Shown here piece after piece: positions 39,680 through 48,563 of a stretch of 64,000 nucleotides of DNA. Every line of letters starts with the position of its first letter. Position 1 is the first letter of the stretch. Under the pieces are notes generated by a model. That model saw only the letters and a list, made by a program, of their open reading frames with translations, was not told the DNA's origin and made no database searches. The position numbers and the translations under genes were made by a program. Where the stretch lies: the NCBI GenBank assembly GCA_039586795.1, contig JBDHJS010000011.1, forward strand, positions 32,001 to 96,000. The letters run 5' to 3'. This stretch comes from Gemmatimonadota bacterium. GTDB taxonomy: Bacteria > Gemmatimonadota > Gemmatimonadetes > Palauibacterales > KS3-K002.

Positions 39680-39964
39680 GACTACAACGGTCGTTTACAA
39701 CTTCCGTTTCAGTGCCTCTTCCGGCTCCTCCTTTCTTACTCGTCGGCCCGCAGATCTAACGGGGTCACGTTCCTTGATACACAACGGCGCCCGCCGGATC
39801 AGGTAGGGGGAGAGCGGTGCAATACGCATCCGTTGCCGCACAGCTCCCGAAACCGGGGGCGCCCTCAGCATGACAGGCCGCGAGTGGTCGTGGGTCCTCT
39901 CCGATGGCCCCGGCGTGCCACGCTCCCGGAGCCAAACCCATTTCCTGAATGGGCATTTCCTCAA

Positions 39965-39979
39965 GCAGATGTCGTACCA
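39965..39979 (-). promoter_or_regulatory. Candidate sigma54 (-24/-12) promoter for the left operon
   Basis: Minus strand TGGTACG-ACAT-CTGC(T); GG-N10-GC spacing. Confidence 0.55.
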
Positions 39980-40299
39980 ATCTGGGGTGGAAAGAACCAC
40001 GTGTCCCAAACCGTCCGATTGGCCAGCACCGTCCGTGTAAGGCTAACAAGAATAACTATTTAGAGAGATTGCCCTGAAGGTGCGATATGTCCCGGCGAAG
40101 CGAGGCGTTCATGCCACGTGTCGCCCTGCCTCAACGACGGCATCCGCGTTGTGGCAATACGTCACGTCGTATCAACAAGCGTTCTCGATAAGCGGTGTTG
40201 GTCAGCCCCACGGCCTGATATCACCTGACCAAAGACGTCGAGCCCCGACAGCTTGCGCTGTCGGGGCCCGCCCTCCACCCAGTCCTCGAACCAGAGGAT

Positions 40300-42219
40300 C
40301 TAGAACCTTCCTCCATCGCCGTGGCGGTGGCAGTTGTAGCAGTTTTCCTTGCCCGTCATCGAGCTGCGATCGTGACAGGTGTTGCACCACCACCCACCAC
40401 TAGTCAGGTCGGCCTTGTCCAGGTTGTTGGTGATTCCGTATTCCCACTCGGCGGCGCCTTTGCGATCCCAAAACGCCAGCGCGGTGTCATCCGGCGCCAT
40501 ACCCAGCGTCTGATCGAGAACTCGGAACAAGGTCGTCGTGCCTATGCCGGCGCTCTGGTCGATGATCACGTGATTCGAATGGCACGACCAACACGGCATC
40601 ACATCGCCTATGCCCCAGCCTATTCCGGCCCGCAGGTCCACACTCGAGCCGGTCCGAACTCCCATACCGTCGTTGACCCACGTCGTGCGGATGTTCGTGA
40701 TCGCCGTTGTCTGGTCCTGAACTGAGGACGGGAAGCTCCCATCATGACAGTCGAGACAGAATTCGCTGAGGATGTCTCCCGCCGACTGGTATGCCGTAAA
40801 ATACCAGTCCGTGCCGGGAATGTGGCCGTCGCTTGGATCGGGATCGATCAGGTACTTCTGCGCAGCGGTCAGCGTATGCGGATTATGGCAGTTCGTGCAT
40901 TCAATCTTCGCCCCGCTACGGGCCTGTGCTGGCTGCTGGATGTCGTGTCGATCATTCAGGTTCGCGTTTGACCCCAGGCCGGTAGCCGTTTGGACCCAGT
41001 TGATCGCCCGCGCGAACCCGGTCGCCAGGTCGGTGGTTGCCGGGCCATCGGAGTCATGACAGTCGAGACAGAAACCCTCTTCTTCTTCGGTCCGCGTCGT
41101 GGGGTCGGGCGCGACGTCCCCAGGGGCGAGTATTCTGGCCTTTTGCGACCCGTGGCTCGCATGACACCCGAAACTGCCATCGCCAAAGCAGCCAACGATG
41201 GCCGCCGACTGTTTGTGGGAGGCGGTAGTCCACGCCGAGGCGTCGATTAGCGGGCGAGTCAATCCATCCGAGAACGGGGCGAGCGTTCCGTTCGCGCCAT
41301 CTAGATCATGGCAAGAAACGCAGAACGCCTCCAGCTTCGCCGCCTCCGCCGACTGAGTTTGCGGGTCGCCCGTCAATATGTATACGGTCGTCGAATCATC
41401 CGCGTTCTTGAGGCGCACGTTACCCGCCTGGTGGGCGCTGAACTCGTGACAGACCAGGCAATCGCCATCCACGTACGACGCCCCGACATGGTTGCTGGCC
41501 CAGGACATCTCCGGAACGATCGGGCGGCGACTGTTCGGCCCGCTGGTGCCCTGCCCGCCCGTGTCGTGGCAGCTCCCGCACGGTCCGCCCCCGGCGAATC
41601 CGCTCTCGTGAGTGTGACAATCGGTGCAGGTCCGCCCGACTTCGTGCGTATGGTCACTGACGTCCGGAAGGTTCAGCCCGTTCTGATGGTTACTCGTCTC
41701 CGTATGGCACGCCTCGCACACACCATCGTAATCACCGTCTCCATCCTCGTCGCCGTCGGCGAACGAATGAAGCGATGGCTGCCCCGCATCGGTCCCGCGA
41801 CTCGTAAACGACACGGGCAGATCACCACTCACCGGCGTCGTCATCATCTCGCGGATCATCGATAGGTTCGCGGCCGTCTCTCCTTCATGGTCGTGACAGT
41901 CCCAACAGCCCGTTGCCGCTCGGCCGAACTCGGTGTGTCGGGCTCCGTTGTGTACCTCGAACGGACCCTTCGGAACATCTACCCAGACTCCATCCCGGTC
42001 GACCTGCGCCGGACCGGCATCGCTGTGGCACGACCAACAGAGATCTTCAACGACGTCGAATTCTCGCAGCGCGCTGAACGAGCCGCCGTGCAGGTCATGG
42101 CAAAAGCTGCAGTTGTGACTGATCTGCGCGTGTGCCGTCGCCGATTCCTGAAGCGCCGGAATGACGGGCGCGATGAGGCTCCACCCCACGAGTCCCAAGA
42201 GCCAGGCGATCGGCCTCAT
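40300..42219 (-). CDS. Exported large multiheme cytochrome c (14 CXXCH plus one CX7CH)
   Basis: 14 canonical motifs counted by hand; CFGDGSFGCH; signal peptide ending AHA; DGDEDGDGDYD loop. Confidence 0.92.
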   Translation of the reverse strand: MRPIAWLLGLVGWSLIAPVIPALQESATAHAQISHNCSFCHDLHGGSFSALREFDVVEDLCWSCHSDAGPAQVDRDGVWVDVPKGPFEVHNGARHTEFGRAATGCWDCHDHEGETAANLSMIREMMTTPVSGDLPVSFTSRGTDAGQPSLHSFADGDEDGDGDYDGVCEACHTETSNHQNGLNLPDVSDHTHEVGRTCTDCHTHESGFAGGGPCGSCHDTGGQGTSGPNSRRPIVPEMSWASNHVGASYVDGDCLVCHEFSAHQAGNVRLKNADDSTTVYILTGDPQTQSAEAAKLEAFCVSCHDLDGANGTLAPFSDGLTRPLIDASAWTTASHKQSAAIVGCFGDGSFGCHASHGSQKARILAPGDVAPDPTTRTEEEEGFCLDCHDSDGPATTDLATGFARAINWVQTATGLGSNANLNDRHDIQQPAQARSGAKIECTNCHNPHTLTAAQKYLIDPDPSDGHIPGTDWYFTAYQSAGDILSEFCLDCHDGSFPSSVQDQTTAITNIRTTWVNDGMGVRTGSSVDLRAGIGWGIGDVMPCWSCHSNHVIIDQSAGIGTTTLFRVLDQTLGMAPDDTALAFWDRKGAAEWEYGITNNLDKADLTSGGWWCNTCHDRSSMTGKENCYNCHRHGDGGRF

Positions 42220-43163
42220 TTCGCAGCGACCCCCGGATAGACCTTCACCGATGCGCTGCGATTGCTCACCACTAAGACGTCGCCATTCTTCGTGATCAGT
42301 ACGTCGGTGGGCACTCTCAGCTCGGGGCGGCCGCCGATCTCGCCCGTCAACTCCTTCGTTGCCCGGTCAAAGACCAACACCGTGCCCAACAAGGCATCCG
42401 CGACATAGATCCTGCCCCGGTCGTCCACCGCCAGACCCTGCGGTCGAGAGAACCCTCCCGGACAACTCATGCCGCAGCTCACCTCACCAGGGATCTGATC
42501 GACATGGCGACCATCATAGTCGAAGATCTTGATCGAGGCGGCGCCGCCATCCACTCCCCAGTCGCTCACCAGCAACTCGTTCCGAGCGCCGTTCACGGCG
42601 ATCCCCATCGGCGTGGCCAGCTGCTCAGGGCCGCTTCCCGGACTCGAGATCACGCGCTGCAAACCGCCCAGCTCGTCAAACACCCTCACTTCTCGAGCGC
42701 GCCCATCGAGTACGAATACCAGCCCCTGGCCGTCGTCTGCCGCCAGGTCGATCGGATACTCGACCGCTCCGGCGCCGAACGTGCCCGTTGCGCTTCCAGT
42801 TGTCGTCGAGAAGATCTCTACCGTTCGACGGGTACCGTTGCCCACGAAGATGCGATCGCCCAGAGCGACGACGCCCAACGCCTGGCCCGAGACGGCTATG
42901 CCGCGGGCTGGGGTCTGCGAGGTGGGATCGATCTCCACCACCAGGTCCAGGCGACTGTCCGTCACCAGGACTTGTCCACCTGAAGTCAGCGCGAGCCGCA
43001 ACGGCGATCTAAGAGTTATCGCGCCGAGCAAGCCGAAGGTGACTTCCTCCCCGCCTTCTTCACCCCCGGTGGGCGTTCGTTCCTCTCTCCAACAGCCGTG
43101 CGTGAATAACAGCATGCTGGCGAGCAGGCTGAACAGCACTCCACGGAAGGAAAAGACTCTCAT
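42216..43163 (-). CDS. NHL-repeat lipoprotein
   Basis: Lipobox THGC, FSRPQGLAVDDRGRIYVAD, P.GIAV repeats. Confidence 0.88.
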   Translation of the reverse strand: MRVFSFRGVLFSLLASMLLFTHGCWREERTPTGGEEGGEEVTFGLLGAITLRSPLRLALTSGGQVLVTDSRLDLVVEIDPTSQTPARGIAVSGQALGVVALGDRIFVGNGTRRTVEIFSTTTGSATGTFGAGAVEYPIDLAADDGQGLVFVLDGRAREVRVFDELGGLQRVISSPGSGPEQLATPMGIAVNGARNELLVSDWGVDGGAASIKIFDYDGRHVDQIPGEVSCGMSCPGGFSRPQGLAVDDRGRIYVADALLGTVLVFDRATKELTGEIGGRPELRVPTDVLITKNGDVLVVSNRSASVKVYPGVAAK

Positions 43164-43208
43164 CGGTATGCTACCCTCGATTTACGACCGTACTCCGATA
43201 GGAATTTG

Positions 43209-43223
43209 GCAAGTAGCCTGCCA
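43209..43223 (-). promoter_or_regulatory. Candidate sigma54 promoter for the NHL + 14-heme unit
   Basis: Minus strand TGGCAGG-CTAC-TTGC, about 45 nt upstream of the ATG at 43163. Confidence 0.65.
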
Positions 43224-43606
43224 AGGAAGAAAGGAAGCGGAGTGCCATAAAAGGGAGAACGATTATTAATAGCGGTTCTGGGCACGAGAATGGACCGTAA
43301 TGAGCCACGTCGAGACATGGTGAGTCGTTATGGCACACCGTTGCTTGACTAACGGGGCATCTGTGTACTCAACGTTACTTATATACAGGTGCGTCCATGG
43401 TCCGCGCTTGAGAATGATAATTATTCGCGTTCGATGTTCTTCCTGAAAGTTGTTCGCGATTTGCTTGTAGAGAGCGCGTTCTGCAACGACTCCCAGTCGA
43501 CGAGGAGCGGTCAATTCGTCGGAACTTGCAGAGCCGATAGGGTCAAGATGTCCATATCGCTAGCCATAATCGTGAAAACGATCGCAGAGCTACTTCAACT
43601 TTCAAT

Positions 43607-43621
43607 CGGAACGACTTTTGC
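43607..43621 (+). promoter_or_regulatory. Candidate sigma54 promoter for the right operon
   Basis: CGGAACG-ACTT-TTGC(A); GG-N10-GC spacing. Confidence 0.5.
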
Positions 43622-43892
43622 ACTCTGTCGCAGCACTCCCCTCCGCCTATGGCGACATGTCTGAAGCCGTGAATCCCTGGAAACAACTGAGAGTCTAGCA
43701 GGACAAGCCCTAATTGTAGGGCAAGCGCTGTTTACAGGTCCCCCGCTCCGCCCCGCCAGGTCTGTCTCCCGCCGATTCCCCTGGCCCTGTTACAGCAGTT
43801 TGGACATTAGCCCGTGAGTACCGACCACTGAGACTCGACGCGGGACGCCGCGGGGCTCACGGATGATCAAACCCCGAGTTGAGGAGGGACCA

Positions 43893-44537
43893 ATGAAACG
43901 GTTGTTCAGCCTGATCACCGCCTTCATCCTGGCGGCGGCGACGACGGCGAGCGCTCAGCAGATTTCGGGTAGCGCGCACGACTTCAGCGCGGCTGCTTGG
44001 AACAGTACGGGAGAGATCTGCATCGTCTGTCACGCGCCGCATAACAATCAGAGCCCTGCCGGTGAACTAATTTGGAACCGCACTGCCAGTGCCGCGTCCT
44101 ACACGATGTACTCGAACACTAGCGGGACATTCCAGGCGTCTGCCACGATCGCGGCGACGCCAAACGCGGAGTCCAAGGTCTGCCTGAGTTGCCACGACGG
44201 CACTGTCGCACTCGAGTCATTTGGCGGCAACGGTGCCGTAACGACGACGGTGATGGGCGACGTCAACGCAGCAGCGGACGTCGGGTCGGACCTGTCGGAC
44301 GACCATCCGATCTCGTTCGACTACACGAACGCGCTTGCGACAAGCGACGGCGATCTGGCTACTCCGGGCGACAACGGTACCGCTCCCGATGGCAACATGC
44401 CGTTGTTCGGCGCGACCTATCGGATGGAGTGCGCCACGTGCCACGACGTGCACAACGATGTACCGGTTGGCAATGCCAGCCTGCTTTATGTGGACAACGC
44501 GGCCAGCGCGCTCTGTCTTACTTGTCACACCAAGTAG
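43893..44537 (+). CDS. omcE: OmcE-like exported tetraheme cytochrome c (copy 2)
   Basis: Signal ASAQ, HDFS, EICIVCHAPHN, IWNR, YTMYS, SKVCLSCHDG, GSDLSDDHPISF, MPLF, MECATCHDVH, SALCLTCHTK; GAGGAGG RBS. Confidence 0.82.
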   Translation: MKRLFSLITAFILAAATTASAQQISGSAHDFSAAAWNSTGEICIVCHAPHNNQSPAGELIWNRTASAASYTMYSNTSGTFQASATIAATPNAESKVCLSCHDGTVALESFGGNGAVTTTVMGDVNAAADVGSDLSDDHPISFDYTNALATSDGDLATPGDNGTAPDGNMPLFGATYRMECATCHDVHNDVPVGNASLLYVDNAASALCLTCHTK

Positions 44538-44600
44538 CACACGCATAGGGCGGAGCGTCATCGAGAGTTCGAGTCGCCAGTTACCGCCATACGAGAGGCC

Positions 44601-44622
44601 AGGGGGCGCTCCGGCGCCCCTT
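44601..44622 (+). terminator. Hairpin after OmcE-like gene 2
   Basis: AGGGGGCGC-TCCG-GCGCCCCTT. Confidence 0.55.
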
Positions 44623-44654
44623 CGCCTTAACGCTCTAGACCAACAACTCGATCG

Positions 44655-45773
44655 ATGAACAGCCACCGACTGATCCCAGTAGTGCTACTCGCCGCTGCCG
44701 CTGGAACACTGCTGACGGCGTGCTCCTCGACTGCTCCAACACCGGAGCTAACCCAGCCGCGAGAGCTGATCGTCTACCCCACCCCACCGGACACACCACG
44801 TATCCAATTCTTGACACGTTATTCGACTTCAGCTGACATCGAGCCGGAGCGACGCAGGTCGATTTGGGAGTCGATTGCGGGTGAAGACGATTCGGCGAAC
44901 GAAGAGAAGCAGATCGTCAAGCCTTACGGCGTGGCCATGGCGCAGGGCAGAATCTACGTCTGTGACACGGGCGCCATCGCGGTTGATATCATAGACATCC
45001 CGGCGCAGTCGTTGTCTCGTTTCCAGCCCCGCAGTTTTGGCAAGCTCAGTAAGCCGCTTGGCTGCTTCGCAGACGAGTCCGACGGCTCACTATTCGTCGC
45101 CGATGCTGATCGCCAGCAAGTTGTCGTTTATGGGAACGACGGATCCTATCGAGCCAGCTTCGGAGAGCGAGAGAGCATCCGACCGAGTGCCGTATTCGTC
45201 GTCGGTGACAGTATCTTCGCGGCCGATCTGAACGGACAGCGCGTCGCGGTCTACGCGCGCAGCGACCAGCGACTGCTGGGCTTCATTCCAGCCGACACGA
45301 CCGACCCGGCGGCAAGGCTATTCGCTCCCACCAACCTGTTCGTCACTAACGATCACGTGTACGTGACGGACTTCGGGTCCTTCCAGGTGAAGATCTATGA
45401 CCGCAACGGTCGGTTCGTTCGGACACTTGGGCGCTATGGGTCCGGGCTTGGACAGTTCGTTCGCCCCAAGGGCGTGGCCGTCGATCGCAACAGCAACGTC
45501 TACGTCGTCGATGCGGGCTTCGAGAACGTCCAGGTGTTCGATGCAGAGGGCAAGCTGCTGATGTTCTTTGGCGGCCCATACGAGGGCCCGGGCGACCTGT
45601 ACCTGCCGGCCGGGATCACCATCGACTATGAGAACGTCGACCTGTTCCGACACCTCGTTCATCCCGGTTTCCAACTCAAGTATCTCGTCCTCGTAACCAG
45701 CCAATACGGTCCCGACAAAGTCAACGTCTACGGCTTCATCGGCCCCGAGGAGACCCCGTCCCATGCGCCTTGA
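44655..45773 (+). CDS. NHL-repeat beta-propeller lipoprotein (paralog of 37672-38781)
   Basis: Lipobox LTAC, PTPPDTPRIQFL, FVRPKGVAVD, QYGPDKV. Confidence 0.9.
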   Translation: MNSHRLIPVVLLAAAAGTLLTACSSTAPTPELTQPRELIVYPTPPDTPRIQFLTRYSTSADIEPERRRSIWESIAGEDDSANEEKQIVKPYGVAMAQGRIYVCDTGAIAVDIIDIPAQSLSRFQPRSFGKLSKPLGCFADESDGSLFVADADRQQVVVYGNDGSYRASFGERESIRPSAVFVVGDSIFAADLNGQRVAVYARSDQRLLGFIPADTTDPAARLFAPTNLFVTNDHVYVTDFGSFQVKIYDRNGRFVRTLGRYGSGLGQFVRPKGVAVDRNSNVYVVDAGFENVQVFDAEGKLLMFFGGPYEGPGDLYLPAGITIDYENVDLFRHLVHPGFQLKYLVLVTSQYGPDKVNVYGFIGPEETPSHAP

Positions 45774-46641
45774 TACAGGCAAAACGCTCCTCGCCATCTG
45801 TCTTACCGTTGGCGCCCTTTCATGCCGCTCGGCCGCCGAATTGTTCCTCGACATCTCCGAGCCGCCGGGGAACGAGCAATATGCGCCGGCTGCTAACGTC
45901 AGTCAGTCGCAGAGCGTTATGTTAGCGGTTCCAACCGACACCGCCCGACCCCCGATCGAGAGTGTGGACGGCATGGACTCTGTGCTGGTCATGCTGCCAC
46001 AGGCGCCCGACGGAAGCATCGACTGGGTTACGGCGATTCGCGATACGGTAATCCGACCTCGGAACGCACCGCGAGGAGTTGGATCTGTTCGGGAGTCACT
46101 CAGTTTCGATTTCTACTTCGGTGAATTCGAGACCTACTTCCCCCATTCCGCCCACGCGGAGTGGATGGAATGCACCAGTTGTCACCCAACCATCTATCGC
46201 CGCCGCGGTGCCTCAACATCGATGAAGGAGATCGGGGAAGGCCAGTCCTGCGGTCGCTGCCACGGAAGTGTTGCATTCTCCACTGCCGCCTGCGAACGCT
46301 GCCACACGGCAATGAAGTTGCCGGAAGGTCGCCAAAAGCCGAATCTCGGTGCCGTCTACACGTTCTCGCGCTCGGAGACCGCAACCAATATCGCGACCGA
46401 CTCCGTCTTCCCGCCCGCGGTGTTCTCGCATGGCTTCCACCGTATACGCTATACCTGCGCGGCTTGTCACAACGATCTGTTTCCCATGGCGCGCAGCGCG
46501 CCCGGAACGGTGACGATGAAGTCGATTCAAAATGGTGAGGCATGCGGGACGTGTCATAACGGTTCGACCGCGTTCGGCGTTCTGCAGTGCGGGCTCTGCC
46601 ATCAGAAGGTCGAAAGCGACTCCGAGGGCAGTGGACCGTGA
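45763..46641 (+). CDS. Hexaheme double c7-type cytochrome lipoprotein
   Basis: Lipobox ALSC; CTSCH, CGRCH, CERCH, CAACH, CGTCH, CGLCH; IDWV motif. Confidence 0.9.
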   Translation: MRLDTGKTLLAICLTVGALSCRSAAELFLDISEPPGNEQYAPAANVSQSQSVMLAVPTDTARPPIESVDGMDSVLVMLPQAPDGSIDWVTAIRDTVIRPRNAPRGVGSVRESLSFDFYFGEFETYFPHSAHAEWMECTSCHPTIYRRRGASTSMKEIGEGQSCGRCHGSVAFSTAACERCHTAMKLPEGRQKPNLGAVYTFSRSETATNIATDSVFPPAVFSHGFHRIRYTCAACHNDLFPMARSAPGTVTMKSIQNGEACGTCHNGSTAFGVLQCGLCHQKVESDSEGSGP

Positions 46642-48563
46642 ATCGTCTGCAGTTCTTGACGGTTTGTGGACTTGCGGCGCTACTCACCGCCGGAGCGCGA
46701 GCGTCACCGGCACAGCACGTCATCAAGCTATCGCGGACCGGCGGTATCGTTGGATTGGAGTTTGATGGCTACAGTCTTCAGAACTCCTCTGGCTTCCACG
46801 ATGGCCAACGGACCTTTCGCGAATACGTCAATCTTCAAATAACAGGGTCAGTACTCGACCCCCGGGTCCTGCTCTTCGACGTCGGCCTTAGACCTCGAAT
46901 AGAACAGACCTCGTGGAACGCCACCTACGAGTCATCGAGTGGCGGCTCCACGAACCTCGACGCCCGACTGGCCGCCCACCTGTTCAGCCGCGGCAAGATC
47001 TCGCTTCAGGCAGAGGCGATGCGCCTCTCGAACAACGCGCAAGTGCGCTTTGATGAAGAACAGAGCGTTTCCTATCAAGAGCTGCGACTGCGCCTCAACA
47101 CCAGGTTCAGGCCCCTTCCCCTGTGGATCGAGCTTCGAAACCTGCAAAACAACCTCGATTTCTCTCGACCCCAGGGCGTCAGTCTCATGCGTGACGAGCA
47201 GAGTCGCTCTGTTTGGATGCGTGCTCAGAACAGCAAGACCTTTCTTGAATACCAGCACGTTGATTTCTCGGACAACCTGTACGACCGGAGAGTCGTCACC
47301 GACAGGGCTACCGCCACGCACCATATGGGTTGGGGCAAAGGTAGCAGTCTACGCTCGATTCTCACTTATTCTGATCGAGCGGGCGTTGGTCCGTTTCGCC
47401 GATTCGCTTGGAACGAATACGTCAACATCCGGCACACGCTTGACGTTCAGACTGATCTACGCTTCCGACTCTTCGACCAGGTTAGCCGCGGCCTGAAATC
47501 GAAAGGCTGGTTCGTCGATCTTCGACCGCAAACCAGACTGGCCAGAGAAGCCCACGTCGCGTTGAGTGGCCTGGCGGAACGGCGACAGTATGCGCTCGTA
47601 GACTTTCGACGTTATGAACTGAAACCGATGGCCGACGCCGCTTTCGATTTGCCTGCCGGCATGAGACTCATCGCCTCCGGCGCGGTGGGTTATCGCTGGC
47701 AAGTCCAGTCGGCCGACGAAGCATCCGTCGGAGACGTGCTGGATGAACGGCACGAGGTCGACCAGTTCGGTCGGTTCATCCTCGATGAGATTTCGGTGAT
47801 CTCGAGTTCCGTGCTCATCACCAGCGAAGACCGTTCCGTCGTTTTCGAGGAGGGGATCGACTACCAGATCTTTGAGCAGGGTCCGCGCACCGAAGTACTG
47901 TCCCTACCCGGAGGTCGTATACAGCCGCAGGACATTGTTCTGGTAAGCTATAGTTTCCGCCTCATCGATGATCTGAGCTCGGACGCTCTACTCGCCAACT
48001 ACAACGTCAATCTCCAGCTTGGCCCACTCGCCTTCTTCAACCATATGAACCTGGTGGATCCAGCTCAGCAGAGTTCACCCAGGGCTCCAGGTTCGCCAGG
48101 CTATTACCAGAATTTGCAGGCGGGAGTTGCCTATCAAAGTCGTACTCCTTTCGGATCGGTAGACGTCAGGGCCGAGTACGATGCGACAACCACCGATGCG
48201 ATCACGTATCAGATGTTCCGCGTACGGGCAACGTTGTCGGCACGACTGCTTAGAGGGATGGGCAGCACCGTCGGCGTGGCATGGCAGAACGGCCTTGCTG
48301 ACCGCGGGCGTCCAATCTCGCGCCTCGATGCAAATGCAGCGGTCAACTGGAGTCCTATCCCCCGCCTCGCACTCGTTGGCGCCCTGACGGCCTACAGGGG
48401 ACACGCCGATTTTCAACGAGATACGTTCCTCGGCTTCGGTCTCGGTGCCGAGTGGAGCCTGCGGCGACTTCGCATGTTCGCCAGGTACGACTATCGGTCA
48501 TGGGACACCCGGACTCAGCAACAGGAAAGCCGTATCCGAACCGGCATAGCACGATTCTTCTGA
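46638..48563 (+). CDS. Large outer-membrane beta-barrel (paralog of 34890-36818)
   Basis: GTG overlaps the upstream TGA; signal peptide; GS..PR.L.FDV..RP and WGKGS shared with the paralog; ends ARFF. Confidence 0.82.
   Translation: MNRLQFLTVCGLAALLTAGARASPAQHVIKLSRTGGIVGLEFDGYSLQNSSGFHDGQRTFREYVNLQITGSVLDPRVLLFDVGLRPRIEQTSWNATYESSSGGSTNLDARLAAHLFSRGKISLQAEAMRLSNNAQVRFDEEQSVSYQELRLRLNTRFRPLPLWIELRNLQNNLDFSRPQGVSLMRDEQSRSVWMRAQNSKTFLEYQHVDFSDNLYDRRVVTDRATATHHMGWGKGSSLRSILTYSDRAGVGPFRRFAWNEYVNIRHTLDVQTDLRFRLFDQVSRGLKSKGWFVDLRPQTRLAREAHVALSGLAERRQYALVDFRRYELKPMADAAFDLPAGMRLIASGAVGYRWQVQSADEASVGDVLDERHEVDQFGRFILDEISVISSSVLITSEDRSVVFEEGIDYQIFEQGPRTEVLSLPGGRIQPQDIVLVSYSFRLIDDLSSDALLANYNVNLQLGPLAFFNHMNLVDPAQQSSPRAPGSPGYYQNLQAGVAYQSRTPFGSVDVRAEYDATTTDAITYQMFRVRATLSARLLRGMGSTVGVAWQNGLADRGRPISRLDANAAVNWSPIPRLALVGALTAYRGHADFQRDTFLGFGLGAEWSLRRLRMFARYDYRSWDTRTQQQESRIRTGIARFF

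Noticed and set aside
39600..39960. Cyclic dinucleotide (GEMM) riboswitch in the OmcE-like leaders
   Set aside because: Hairpins are present, but I could not find the conserved GEMM core by eye here or at 43630-43890; an Infernal scan is needed.
40300..42219. OmcS, OmcZ or MtrA identity
   Set aside because: Heme number and spacing do not fit hexaheme OmcS, octaheme OmcZ or decaheme MtrA.
43331..43345. TGGCACACCGTTGCT as a sigma54 promoter
   Set aside because: The GG-to-GC spacing is one base short of the strict -24/-12 requirement.
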